Positions 8,538 through 17,711 of a DNA stretch of 24,056 bases are shown piece after piece (position 1 is the stretch's first letter; each line of letters starts with the position of its first letter). Location: positions 1 through 24,056 of IMG/VR virus record IMGVR_UViG_3300046382_000012. The stretch is one strand, 5' to 3'. The translations under genes were made by a program, and so were the position numbers. The DNA comes from a virus. Its lineage: Duplodnaviria > Caudoviricetes. The notes under the pieces were generated by a model, which made no database searches, was not told where the DNA came from, and worked only from the letters and a program-made list of their open reading frames with translations.

Positions 8538-9964
8538 TAGGCCATCGTCTCCATAAGCAGATCGTAGTGATTGCCAGTAAACACGGTCATGCCTGTGTTT
8601 GTAGTCTCAAGGGCGCAGACATAGTGGTAACCGAGGCCGGTGTAGAGAAGGAGAGAAGCAACGGCGTTTGAGCTTACTATGGCAGCCTGTCCAGCGCCGC
8701 TGTTTACGAGGCCATCTGCAGAGAATGTGCCACTTCCCCCAGCGGCGGCTGTGCTATCCAAACCTAGGCCGAGAATGAAGAAAGAGCCTCCTCCAGCGTC
8801 CACACGAATTTGAGCATGGAACCGAGCAAGGTCCTCATCTAGGCCACGGAGAAATTCGATCCTGTTGTTGAAGTTGTTTCCAACAGGCCTGGTTGTTGTT
8901 GCACCTGGGTTATATGATGTTCCTGCGTCCTTCTGAACAATGGGACTGAGAATGCGATTGTATGCATTGTAGACGGTCAGCTTGGCAGGTGCTCCACCAA
9001 CGATGTTATTGACGTAGTCAATCTGAGCCGAACCGTTGGTTCGGATGCTGCCCAGGTAGGTTCCGCGATTAGCGGCGGGACCATTTACGATAGTCTGAGC
9101 ATTGACCAAAAGACCAGAAATACGGGTTAGTTCAGTGGTGCCGGCTCCAGAGCCTCGAGCTGTGTCACTTGTCCAAACGGGACCTCGGGAAATGCGAGGT
9201 GTTACGCCGTCCATCCAGAAAAAGATGTCGTAATTCTTATTGGCAACGCAGGCTGCTGGGGACTTCGTGGTGTCGGTTGTGGTCTGGGTCAGCTCACCGC
9301 CCGTGTTGGCAGCAACGATAAGGGTTCCATTCCAGACAGGAACGAAAAGACCAGCATATGGAGTATATCGTACAGTAGTCGCAGCACTGACCACGGAGGT
9401 CATTACAGGCGTGCTGGCTGTCAGGGTCAATCGACCTTGCGGAGCAAGGATCGAGCTGGGCTGAATGTCAGAGATGAGGATCTTACGAGGTGCCCCACCA
9501 GCAGCAGGAGCCCCGAGGAGGAAGTCTCCTAGTGCCGGTGGTGACAAGGCCGTTAGGCCCGGAATGTCGGCCTCCTGCCATGGCCCTACACCGCTTGCGG
9601 TGCGCATCATAAGCTTGCCTTGTGTAGTGTTGGCAAGCTTTGAGAGAGCAATGCTGTTGTCGGCTAGGCCACCAAGGTTCTTGATGCTGTTGACCGGCGG
9701 AATGTACCATTGAGCTTCGCCCGAGAGGGCACGAATCTGAAAGCGAATGCGCTCGATCTCTCCAGCGAGCGAGGCTGCCAGGCTCTCAGCACCAAGGGTG
9801 CCGGGGTCCGTGACAATCTGCATTTGGGAGAGGTTATCGCTATACCCTCCAGTCATCTGGGGGTTCTGGTTCGTGATGTGGTTCTGGTGATCGTTATTGT
9901 AAATGGCAGCGGTCAACACCGTGCCAGTGGCCCTGGTCGTATGTGTATAACCGCCCTGAGACAT
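8537..9964 (-). CDS. Tail fibre / tail spike-like protein (475 aa)
   Basis: Follows the nozzle gene. N-terminal anchor-like segment (TGTVLTAAIYNNDH), a shaft-like LADNSIALSKLA motif, and a beta-rich C-terminal part. Confidence 0.65.
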   Translation of the reverse strand: MSQGGYTHTTRATGTVLTAAIYNNDHQNHITNQNPQMTGGYSDNLSQMQIVTDPGTLGAESLAASLAGEIERIRFQIRALSGEAQWYIPPVNSIKNLGGLADNSIALSKLANTTQGKLMMRTASGVGPWQEADIPGLTALSPPALGDFLLGAPAAGGAPRKILISDIQPSSILAPQGRLTLTASTPVMTSVVSAATTVRYTPYAGLFVPVWNGTLIVAANTGGELTQTTTDTTKSPAACVANKNYDIFFWMDGVTPRISRGPVWTSDTARGSGAGTTELTRISGLLVNAQTIVNGPAANRGTYLGSIRTNGSAQIDYVNNIVGGAPAKLTVYNAYNRILSPIVQKDAGTSYNPGATTTRPVGNNFNNRIEFLRGLDEDLARFHAQIRVDAGGGSFFILGLGLDSTAAAGGSGTFSADGLVNSGAGQAAIVSSNAVASLLLYTGLGYHYVCALETTNTGMTVFTGNHYDLLMETMA

Positions 9965-10338
9965 TAAACGATGCCTCCACCAATCTTGGTTTCCACAACC
10001 TCAATCACTGCTCCTTTGCGAGGAGATAGTTTGAGGTCCCTTTCATCGATTGACGTCAGCTCGGATAAGGCTTCCACTGACAAATTGCCCATCAGACAAG
10101 TCTTGCATCCGTTTGTGACGTGTGCAGAGCCATCGTCGAAGATGATTTTGATTTCAGTGTAAAGATGGTTCCTGGTGAAGCCCTCGATGATGCGCTCGAT
10201 GACGCGGCCATCAGGTGCTTTGCGGAAGCCGATAGTTCGCTGCTGCTTCTCGCCAATGACGGTGCCACAGATCTTACATTGCAAGCGCTCAAGGGTTCCA
10301 TCAGGCCCCATTTGAGCAAAATTCTCAAGGTAGGTCAT
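9964..10338 (-). CDS. 124-aa hypothetical protein with two CxxC motifs (putative Zn-binding)
   Basis: CKIC and CKTC; coupled on both sides (ATGA and TAATG overlaps). Confidence 0.7.
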   Translation of the reverse strand: MTYLENFAQMGPDGTLERLQCKICGTVIGEKQQRTIGFRKAPDGRVIERIIEGFTRNHLYTEIKIIFDDGSAHVTNGCKTCLMGNLSVEALSELTSIDERDLKLSPRKGAVIEVVETKIGGGIV

Positions 10339-12677
10339 TCTGGAGTCCTTTCGTCACCTACGGTGAACGAGAGATGGAATTCGGCTAGGCTTACGTTTTG
10401 GTTCACGCCGTCGTTGGTGCACGTTATCTTGAAGCGTCGGCCAGAGCCGGCGACACGTCGGCGGCTTTCACGGATGCCTGCAGCACCGAGAAGATCGCTA
10501 TCTAGGACAAAGGAACCAAGGACGCCTCCAGCGCCTCCCATGGTGAAGGCTAAAGTCTCTGTATAAATGTCGTCCCAGAAGGTGTCTACCAACAGATCCC
10601 ATTCGCCTTCAGGTTCATAGACAATCTCTAAAAACTGACCATTCTTCTGTTTTGTGGCCAGGGCTGGATTTACAAAGGAAAGGTCTGTGCTCGCTGTGCT
10701 AAACTGGATAGGATAGCCAACGCCTTTCTTGTTCCGAGCATCATCATCAAGTTGATAGATACAACCATCCTCAGAACCAATAGTTGGCTTTAGAAGACCA
10801 TCTGTATTGTCAGGACGGAGCCAAATGGCGTTAGCCGAATCGCGGCGAGACATGAAGAAGCGGGGTGTCGGACCTGTTTGTTGCTGTTGTTGCAGCGTGG
10901 GGAATGCTAGCTGGATGCGAATGTCTGGTACATCGCTGTTGGAGCGAGGCATAAAGAACCAGGCCTGGCGCTTATTGCTATACCAGAGAGCCTTAGCTCT
11001 TTGGAGTTTCCCACGGTTAATGTTGTCCTTGAAGAAAGGCTGCATGTTGCCAACTTCGCTGACATTGCTTGTATTGAAATCTCCAAAGTCGTTGGTTGCA
11101 GTCAGGGAATGGATTGCCCCGGAGCGATCCACGTAGAGAAGGTCATTTTCTACCTGAATAATGGCGTCACCATTAACGCCTCCTACGCTCCGGGACAAAA
11201 CCTCAACGGACCATGTTGTGGGATCTGGATCCTGCGTGATGAGGACATAGATACCGAGGGGATATTTCCAAAGGATTAGGGCTCCACGGATGGAGTAAGC
11301 ACCAACAAGGCGTTCACCTTGTCCTGGATAGATGGGAATAGTGCCGGCGGCGCCCGCGCCAGAGCCACCAGTGTAAACCTGATGGTCCGTCGTCATGGAA
11401 TAGTAGAGACGATGGGGATCGGAAGCGTTTCCACCTCCGAACATGCGTTGTACATGGACACAACCGAAGGTGGGGAAATTGCCAGCGCCGGCCCAGTCAG
11501 CGGGGGGTGTTGTTATGGGTGCAAAGTTGCCTACACCTGGGCGAGCTTGGACCTGATTGACCGAGGAGAAGAGAAACATTTTCCGAGGCTGGCCGACGAC
11601 TTCACCACCGCCGATGCAGAAATAAGGCGGTGGATCTCGAACAGCGTTGAGACCGCTGGCAACTTGGTTACTGAATGTTCCATCCCTCACAGGATCTGCA
11701 AAGACAGCTCCATTACTCGTCACTACAACATCTTCATTAAGACCAACGCCTGCAGCCCAGCTAGTTCCGGCTATAATTGGAAGTGGTGTGTCACCACCAA
11801 CGATATCTGCCCCTGTGCCATATGCAGAGGTAGGTTTTGTGGGAGGAATGAAGTTCGCTGTCCACAAAGCACGGCCTCGGTTTATAACAACCTCATCAAC
11901 TAAGCCGAACCACGTTGTGGTTGTGAATGTGCCAATGGAACCCACAGAGAAAACATTGGCACTGGCATTAACTGACGTACCAACTGGAATAGAGACCGAG
12001 GCTTCCTGCGTACCATTGATAAAGAGCCGCAAGAGGTTGGCGACGTTGTCACGAACCACTGCGAGATGGTTCCAGCCATTGTTAAGGACATCAGTAAACT
12101 GAGTTGTTCCAGTTAGTGTAAGGAACGAAGTTCCAGTGCCTATACGAGCTCGGATTACATTGGCGGTCGTGCGATCCACAGCGATTGAGGTGCTGATTGC
12201 ATTCTCAGCAGCATCCGTCTGGCCAAGGAGGTTTCGACGGGTTCCCGTCGTGGCCTTATTCTTGAACCAGCAATGGACAGTGAATGGAAGGAGTGCGAAC
12301 TGGGCCCCGATGCCTAAGCTTGGAGCACTGACATAATCCCCAGCCCCGTCAAGAGTTAGTGAAGAGGGACCAAACTTAAAGTCAGCTATAGTTAGCTTGG
12401 CGTTGTCCTGCGCGGTCCATACGCCTGGGGAAAAGCCATCATCCACGATAGCGGTGGATAGGTCTGCTCCGTTGAAATGGAGCACAGACTTGTATGATGT
12501 GAAGTTGCCGAAAGTAGCAATAAGCTTGGCACCACCATCCTTGCGGATGATGCCAGCATCTAGTTCAGCACCCTCGCAAAAAAGAAGATGTCCAGGCCCT
12601 GCCTGGGACTGGTTAAGGGTTCCTGTAAACCCCTGGGCTCCGATAGGGAGCCGAGCTGTCACACCTCTGTAAGCCAC
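10335..12677 (-). CDS. Tail nozzle / DNA stabilisation protein (P22 gp10 / T7 gp12-like) with inserted LamG/ConA-like domain
   Basis: Follows the adaptor. Propeller-like motifs (QRMFGGGNASDPHRLYYS, NDLLYVDRSGAIHSL) and a C-terminal GRRFKITC. The LamG-like insert reads LHFNG...FTVHCW...WNHLAVVRD...LFING...GLVDEV. Confidence 0.75.
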   Translation of the reverse strand: MAYRGVTARLPIGAQGFTGTLNQSQAGPGHLLFCEGAELDAGIIRKDGGAKLIATFGNFTSYKSVLHFNGADLSTAIVDDGFSPGVWTAQDNAKLTIADFKFGPSSLTLDGAGDYVSAPSLGIGAQFALLPFTVHCWFKNKATTGTRRNLLGQTDAAENAISTSIAVDRTTANVIRARIGTGTSFLTLTGTTQFTDVLNNGWNHLAVVRDNVANLLRLFINGTQEASVSIPVGTSVNASANVFSVGSIGTFTTTTWFGLVDEVVINRGRALWTANFIPPTKPTSAYGTGADIVGGDTPLPIIAGTSWAAGVGLNEDVVVTSNGAVFADPVRDGTFSNQVASGLNAVRDPPPYFCIGGGEVVGQPRKMFLFSSVNQVQARPGVGNFAPITTPPADWAGAGNFPTFGCVHVQRMFGGGNASDPHRLYYSMTTDHQVYTGGSGAGAAGTIPIYPGQGERLVGAYSIRGALILWKYPLGIYVLITQDPDPTTWSVEVLSRSVGGVNGDAIIQVENDLLYVDRSGAIHSLTATNDFGDFNTSNVSEVGNMQPFFKDNINRGKLQRAKALWYSNKRQAWFFMPRSNSDVPDIRIQLAFPTLQQQQQTGPTPRFFMSRRDSANAIWLRPDNTDGLLKPTIGSEDGCIYQLDDDARNKKGVGYPIQFSTASTDLSFVNPALATKQKNGQFLEIVYEPEGEWDLLVDTFWDDIYTETLAFTMGGAGGVLGSFVLDSDLLGAAGIRESRRRVAGSGRRFKITCTNDGVNQNVSLAEFHLSFTVGDERTPE

Positions 12678-12680
12678 TTG

Positions 12681-13676
12681 TCATCCTATAATCAGGCCGC
12701 TTTCCGTCCTAATTGGATACAGCTTTACGCTAGGGCCAACATTCCCTCGTGGACTTATATGACCAGCATTAAAATCTATCTTGACGTTGCGGCGCCGGTT
12801 CTCCTTGAGCATGGCAGCTAGCGTTGTACGGGCGGCTAGAGCCGCTGCATTGGCTCGGTCGTCGTTCTTGTCCAAAAGAACCTGAACGAGGGCCATATCA
12901 GATAGAACGTGCCGCCACTGTTGCGGAACGCGGGGAATAGAGCCAGTACCATCAGTCAGGTCATCCAGAACTGGCCGATACCAGAAGTCAACGCGCATGC
13001 GCTGATTGGTTCCGATCAGACCACCATGCGAGAAGCGAACCTCAAAGAACAACCCAGGATTATGCGCGTCATTGAGTTCCTGAACAATGGCGAAGGCTTG
13101 CGGGATGCCAGGCATCAACCGCGCCAACGGAAACAGCTCATCCATGCGCTCCTGAGAGAGGCCGAAGATACGCTCGGGGTTCCGAAAGGCTCGCATGGCG
13201 CCAACCAGAACTTGGGGCTTCACAGTAGTAAGAGGCCGATAGTTGGTCTTCATCAAAAAGAAACCAACGGATCCTGAAGGGCCTGTGTAGGGTGCGTCCA
13301 TTGTCAGGTTAGCTTGAGCAGCACCACCAACAACAATTTCAAAGATGTCCGGGACCTGTTGATCCTTAAAGCGAACTCGCCAACCCAGGGGATCAATGTT
13401 CGGAGGATTGGTTAGGGTAATGACAGGACTGTTGCGCATCACGCTGCAGGTGCCGGTGTCATAAGCCGGTTCCAGCATGAAGTAGGAGCTTTCCTGCATC
13501 CACCACCAATCGTCGATGAATTCAGGTAGAAAAGCACTCGCACCAGTTGCTAGTTCACGATAATTCCGGTTCAGGTAATCAATGCAGCGAGTTTCCCAGC
13601 CGGAAGTGCCCCCGATTGGCTCGGAGGCACGAAACAGAATATCTTCTTTAAGCTGTCGAGTGTTCTCGTAGGGCAT
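12681..13676 (-). CDS. Head-tail adaptor / tail tubular protein A-like (331 aa)
   Basis: Synteny between the capsid module and the nozzle. Helical N-terminus (IDYLNRNYRELA) and a C-terminal DDLTDGTGSIPRVPQQWRHVL pattern typical of adaptors. Confidence 0.7.
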   Translation of the reverse strand: MPYENTRQLKEDILFRASEPIGGTSGWETRCIDYLNRNYRELATGASAFLPEFIDDWWWMQESSYFMLEPAYDTGTCSVMRNSPVITLTNPPNIDPLGWRVRFKDQQVPDIFEIVVGGAAQANLTMDAPYTGPSGSVGFFLMKTNYRPLTTVKPQVLVGAMRAFRNPERIFGLSQERMDELFPLARLMPGIPQAFAIVQELNDAHNPGLFFEVRFSHGGLIGTNQRMRVDFWYRPVLDDLTDGTGSIPRVPQQWRHVLSDMALVQVLLDKNDDRANAAALAARTTLAAMLKENRRRNVKIDFNAGHISPRGNVGPSVKLYPIRTESGLIIG

Positions 13677-13924
13677 CAGGTCTTAAAGCCACAGGCTTTG
13701 AGGGCTTCAGGATTACACTTCTTCTGCATGTCGAAGAGCCAATCCGGTTGCGCTTCATCAGGAACTTGCTCGCCACCCTCATAGAAGTACGCACCGCCCT
13801 GTAGAAAGATCGGTGGGCCATCTTCAGCGTATAGACGGATATAGGGCGTCACCCTAGTTCCGAGGGTCTCACCTTGCTTATTTACAGAGACTTCATGCGT
13901 CTTCAACTTGAGGGTAGCGGGCAT
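13676..13924 (-). CDS. Hypothetical protein (82 aa)
   Basis: Fills the gap in the operon; TGATG overlap with the adaptor. Confidence 0.7.
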   Translation of the reverse strand: MPATLKLKTHEVSVNKQGETLGTRVTPYIRLYAEDGPPIFLQGGAYFYEGGEQVPDEAQPDWLFDMQKKCNPEALKACGFKT

Positions 13925-13933
13925 TGGATGACC

Positions 13934-14350
13934 TTACGCCGAGAGGATTGCTGCCGGGTTGTTAGATGGGTTATCCCAAGACGGAGCACCGGCGAAGCCG
14001 ATGGTCGCGTTCCCAGTAGCACTCGCACCTGACAGAGACAACACAAGCTCACCACCTGGGTTCATCTCGAACGGGGTGACGTTCTTGTAAACACTCTTGC
14101 CAGGTGTGGTTCCAATGGGAATGTTGAGCGTTCCCAGAACCACCGAGCCCGTGTCAGATCCAGGCGTTGGACGCCATTTGTACTGGACTGCCACAATGGC
14201 AACTGCTGTCACTGTGGTAACAGTTGCCCAGATCTGCTGGATCATGATGGGAATAGAGCCGGGGTGAAACCGGCTACCGGCGATGTTCGCCGCTGGAGCT
14301 AGAGAATTGTCCAGCAACATAACATAGTCACTTTTCTGTTGATCGTACAT
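13934..14350 (-). CDS. Probable capsid decoration/cement protein (138 aa)
   Basis: Directly after the MCP, beta-rich, with a perfect RBS TAAGGAGGT (14365-14357) suggesting high expression. Confidence 0.55.
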   Translation of the reverse strand: MYDQQKSDYVMLLDNSLAPAANIAGSRFHPGSIPIMIQQIWATVTTVTAVAIVAVQYKWRPTPGSDTGSVVLGTLNIPIGTTPGKSVYKNVTPFEMNPGGELVLSLSGASATGNATIGFAGAPSWDNPSNNPAAILSA

Positions 14351-14362
14351 CTGACCACCTCC

Positions 14363-15307
14363 TTACGTTGAGGTCACATGGACGATCCGGGCCTCGCCAG
14401 GATTGCCAGTGTCCCAGATGATGTCGAACTCGAGAATGCCGTACCAGGCGACGGCACGCGAGCGCCCGAAGTCCCCAGGAATTGCAGCACGCAACTCCGG
14501 TGTCATGGCCTCGGCAAGAGCAACGGCATCTTCCCCAAAGATCACGCCTTCGCCCAACACAGATGCAGTGCCAACCTTGCCGAGGGCTTTTGCATGGTTC
14601 GTTTCGATGAAGCGAATGCCTTCAATTCGGCCAACTTCGCCATTCGCCTTGGACTGAGGCTCAGTGTACTGGTGCCACAGCTCCCACTTCGGGTCCTGCT
14701 TGATCCCCCGCAGTCCAAGAGTACGGAAGATGCCCACGTAATCGTCACCCTCAAGAGGTGGAGTTTGAAGAGTGTCGAATAGGTAGTCTCGGATCTGTTC
14801 AACATGGAAGTAGGACATGTTGACAGAAGCCGCGGCACCAGGAACGCCATTGGTCGTGATGTTGTTGGTGGCCGCGCCCGTGGGGACGTACTTGATCTGG
14901 GCGCGTTTGAACCCAGCAGCGGCTCTCGTATCAAGAGCCAGACGCATCTGATCACGCAGTTTGCGTTGGATCGGATTCTCCAGATCGTACCGAGACAAGT
15001 CTTGTGACAAGCTCGTGAATGGAACCGCCCGGCCCATCTCCTTGACGACGATGGACTTTGCGCTCAGTGCAAACTGGTCTTCAGGAATGCGGACAGTCTC
15101 CTGAAGAACTGGATCCGTCGGCTCCGTGATGTTCTGGACGCGAGTAAGTGAAACACTCTCGCCTGAGTTTCGGCCGAAGCCTTCAACTGGACGAACGTGA
15201 TCCACAAAGACGCTGTTCTCCACAGCAGCTTCATAAAGCTTCATGGACAGAGCGTTGTTTTTGTAAGTGCCCGAGGGCGAGTCAAACTGCCAGGTGAACT
15301 GTGGCAT
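14363..15307 (-). CDS. Major capsid protein (HK97 fold, N4-gp56-like; 314 aa)
   Basis: Follows the scaffold; RBS GGAGGT. Motifs GRNSGESVSLTRV, NGEVGRIEGIRFIET and DFGRSRAVAWYG. Confidence 0.88.
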   Translation of the reverse strand: MPQFTWQFDSPSGTYKNNALSMKLYEAAVENSVFVDHVRPVEGFGRNSGESVSLTRVQNITEPTDPVLQETVRIPEDQFALSAKSIVVKEMGRAVPFTSLSQDLSRYDLENPIQRKLRDQMRLALDTRAAAGFKRAQIKYVPTGAATNNITTNGVPGAAASVNMSYFHVEQIRDYLFDTLQTPPLEGDDYVGIFRTLGLRGIKQDPKWELWHQYTEPQSKANGEVGRIEGIRFIETNHAKALGKVGTASVLGEGVIFGEDAVALAEAMTPELRAAIPGDFGRSRAVAWYGILEFDIIWDTGNPGEARIVHVTST

Positions 15308-15324
15308 CTTCTACCTCCGTAGTC

Positions 15325-16038
15325 CTAAGCCACCGTAGCACGATTATGTCTGGCAGCGCGCCTCCGCCTGACAATGTCACTTAGAGAAGCTGGAGCCTCT
15401 TCCTCCTGCTGCTGCCGGGGTGGCATAGGGGGAGTTGCCCCCTCGGCAAACGGCCTGCGACCTTGCGGCCTGCTTTTTGTATAACGGGAAATCCTTGTCC
15501 GCGTCAACTCCGCGAGCTTTTCCATAGCGTCTTCGACGGGAATATTAGCCAGATTTGCTAGATTGGCATTCATGGTCATTTCAACGAGGTCTCTGTCACC
15601 CTTCAGATCCGGAAACTTCTCGTCGAAAGAGTTCCAGAATTTCTGATTGTTCTGGTCCTGAGTATACTTCCGCGTCAGGGTTTGTTCGATCTCGCGACTG
15701 ACTTGCTCACGGATTTTCTGAACAGCTTTCTTGGGTTCGGTGAAGAGAAGCTGCTCGAGGTTATCATCTTCGGGAGGGGGAGCTGCGGCTTCTCTCGGAG
15801 GTGGATTTGCGCGTCTAAGGCTAGCAATCTCATCTGCGTGACGTCGCTCCATCGCCAGCATATCTCGTTGCAGACTTTCAATGCTGACTGAAGCTTTCCC
15901 AGAATCTTCTTCTTCCGCAGCCTGACGAGCCAACTCGGCCTCTTCGGCCGAGTCGTCTGGCACGGTGTGCCCGTGTTCAAGTGGATTTGGATCTTGAACG
16001 GGTGCCTGGGGTGGTCTGCTGTTGCGCCGGGGTGCCAT
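15325..16038 (-). CDS. Capsid scaffolding protein (~237 aa)
   Basis: Acidic/Pro-rich N-terminus, coiled-coil centre and Arg-rich C-terminal tip, immediately upstream of the MCP. ATG 16038 preferred over the ORF-track start at 16068. Confidence 0.7.
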   Translation of the reverse strand: MAPRRNSRPPQAPVQDPNPLEHGHTVPDDSAEEAELARQAAEEEDSGKASVSIESLQRDMLAMERRHADEIASLRRANPPPREAAAPPPEDDNLEQLLFTEPKKAVQKIREQVSREIEQTLTRKYTQDQNNQKFWNSFDEKFPDLKGDRDLVEMTMNANLANLANIPVEDAMEKLAELTRTRISRYTKSRPQGRRPFAEGATPPMPPRQQQEEEAPASLSDIVRRRRAARHNRATVA

Positions 16039-16300
16039 GTCCGAACTCTCTGTCTCTTGCTGCGTCACCTGCCCTCATTTCACTGTGGAGATTGTCCATC
16101 AGAGCCATGAGGGCGCTAATCTCAGCAACCTTGCCGAGCATAAGGTCATGAGTAAGTTGACCACCTCGGTAATGGGCTACAAGGCTACTGATTGAATTGT
16201 TGATGTAGCTGTGAATGAAGGGTTCAGCGAGACCCTTAAAGACGGCAGCGTGGTCTGCACGCTGGATTGCTTCGATATTGTTTACCTGAGCATCATTCAT
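15977..16300 (-). CDS. Small helical head-module protein (~107 aa)
   Basis: ATG 16300 overlaps the upstream stop (ATGAATGA); amphipathic helices. Confidence 0.65.
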   Translation of the reverse strand: MNDAQVNNIEAIQRADHAAVFKGLAEPFIHSYINNSISSLVAHYRGGQLTHDLMLGKVAEISALMALMDNLHSEMRAGDAARDREFGHGTPAQQQTTPGTRSRSKST

Positions 16301-16610
16301 GCACAACAAGGTCCCCCTCGACCCTCATTCCCTTAGGAAGCCATAGACTCTCAGATTTGCCTTTGTGCTCCAATTCTTGCAGACGGTCCATGGTCAGAGC
16401 AACAACTTCAAGCATGATCCAAAGGGCGTCTTCAGTTAATTTCATCCGAAGGTGAAGATTTTCTGGAGAAATGGCTTTGCGGTTTCGATAGAACCAGACC
16501 GTTAGATCAGCCAACCTCTGTTCTAACGGCCTGTTTCCCATTGCCTGAGCATTGCTGATCAGACTCCTGATCAGCACCTCTGGGTCAATTCTTTGACGAT
16601 GGTAGGACAT
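16293..16610 (-). CDS. Hypothetical helical protein (105 aa)
   Basis: TGATG coupling to the upstream gene; protein-like composition. Confidence 0.7.
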   Translation of the reverse strand: MSYHRQRIDPEVLIRSLISNAQAMGNRPLEQRLADLTVWFYRNRKAISPENLHLRMKLTEDALWIMLEVVALTMDRLQELEHKGKSESLWLPKGMRVEGDLVVHE

Positions 16611-17044
16611 CAGACTGGGGTCGGCACCACCGGAGTGTCGGGACCTGTCGGAGGCTCAGGTTGCGGCTTCTCAGGAACGCCAGGAGTAATCGCTACCCAC
16701 TCAAGACCTTTGCCAGGGACATAAGCTATTACCCAGAGGCCGGCGCCGGGGCTCTCGCCTGGAGGCGTCGGCTTGTCGGGATGATAGATCGGATGCGTAG
16801 GCAGTACAGGCGGCCCCATTGGTGGTCTATTGCCAACGTGCGGCGGGAACCCGCTACCAGGCGGCCGATTACCAACGTGTGGCGGCCTTACACCCGAAAT
16901 CGGGTGTGACGGATGCCCTCCTCCAAGGCCAAGATCCGGAAATCCATAGCCCGGATCGACCGGTCCCTCTACTCCGTAGCCAGGGTCAACTGGACCACCT
17001 CCGCCTACTTCCTGGAGAACCAGGCATAAGGCCAACTTAGGCAT
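16610..17044 (-). CDS. Pro/Gly-rich repeat protein (144 aa)
   Basis: RBS AAAGGA; GPVDPGYG x2, PPHVGNRPP x2 and xPxHPI x2. Confidence 0.8.
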   Translation of the reverse strand: MPKLALCLVLQEVGGGGPVDPGYGVEGPVDPGYGFPDLGLGGGHPSHPISGVRPPHVGNRPPGSGFPPHVGNRPPMGPPVLPTHPIYHPDKPTPPGESPGAGLWVIAYVPGKGLEWVAITPGVPEKPQPEPPTGPDTPVVPTPV

Positions 17045-17069
17045 GTTAATTCCTTTCTATTGTCGAGTA

Positions 17070-17225
17070 TCAACCTTCAGCCGCTACGCCCTTGGCGTAG
17101 CTAGTCAGCTGATTTCTAGAGTGAGGATGGGATGAGGGAGATTGGATCTTAATCTTGGTTCCAACTTTCTGAATGACGCCAGTTCGCTTGTGGCCTCCTT
17201 TCCCGCCACCATTACCCTTAGTCAT
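17070..17225 (-). CDS. Small basic Gly/Lys-rich protein (51 aa, MTKGNGGGKGGHKRTG...)
   Basis: ATG 17225 overlaps the end of the upstream gene (ATGACTAA). The longer ORF-track version (from 17378) overlaps another gene extensively. Confidence 0.55.
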   Translation of the reverse strand: MTKGNGGGKGGHKRTGVIQKVGTKIKIQSPSSHPHSRNQLTSYAKGVAAEG

Positions 17226-17520
17226 AAGTGTCGGTCCCCTCGCCTTGGTTACGGGATTGATTGGTGGCGGAAGGGCTGGCCTCAGGAGGGTCGCAACCTG
17301 GAACGGAGGTGGTATTTGTTGCTTTTGGGCCAAGATTCTTACCTCCATCAGTTCTCTTCGGGCCTCCGGAGGAGGCAATGTTCCTTCCGACGTGGTTTAC
17401 CATGCGATTTTCAGATGCTGACATGCCACCTCCCATGTTGCTGTAATCGGGGTGAGTTCCCCACTCATCAAAGTTCGCCTCGCCCGCGTAGGCGGGCTGC
17501 TTGTTAAAGCCGTTTGCCAT
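17218..17520 (-). CDS. Hypothetical, probably disordered protein (100 aa)
   Basis: TAATG coupling with GGAGG upstream; rich in Gly/Ser/Thr/Asn. Confidence 0.65.
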   Translation of the reverse strand: MANGFNKQPAYAGEANFDEWGTHPDYSNMGGGMSASENRMVNHVGRNIASSGGPKRTDGGKNLGPKATNTTSVPGCDPPEASPSATNQSRNQGEGTDTYD

Positions 17521-17711
17521 TAGTAGGTCCTCCGTTTCTTTTTCTTTTTCTTCTTGTTTCTCTCATCAGCGGCACGTTGCTCAGAAAGAGCAATCGCGAT
17601 GGCTTGTGGTCGGCTGGTCACGCGTTGACCAGAGCTTGAAGAAAGAGAACCTTGTTTGTACTCTTCCATGACCTTTCTAACTTTCCGACGTCCCTTGACT
17701 TTCCTACGCAT
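17520..17711 (-). CDS. Small highly basic protein, DUF6496-like (63 aa)
   Basis: KVRKVMEEYKQGSLSSSSGQRVTSRPQAIAIALSEQR matches the DUF6496 pattern as I recall it; K7 tail; ATG 17711 overlaps the portal stop. Confidence 0.75.
   Translation of the reverse strand: MRRKVKGRRKVRKVMEEYKQGSLSSSSGQRVTSRPQAIAIALSEQRAADERNKKKKKKKRRTY

Noticed and set aside
14351-14365. Possible MCP read-through or frameshift into the next gene
   Set aside because: Clean TAA, no slippery site seen, and the next gene has its own strong RBS
16691-16717. PGKGLEWVA, identical to an antibody VH framework-2 stretch
   Set aside because: A nine-residue match in a Pro-rich protein with no Ig fold context; most likely coincidence
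17226-17378. N-terminal extension of the 102-aa ORF
   Set aside because: Overlaps the better-supported 100-aa gene; ATG 17225 fits the coupling pattern
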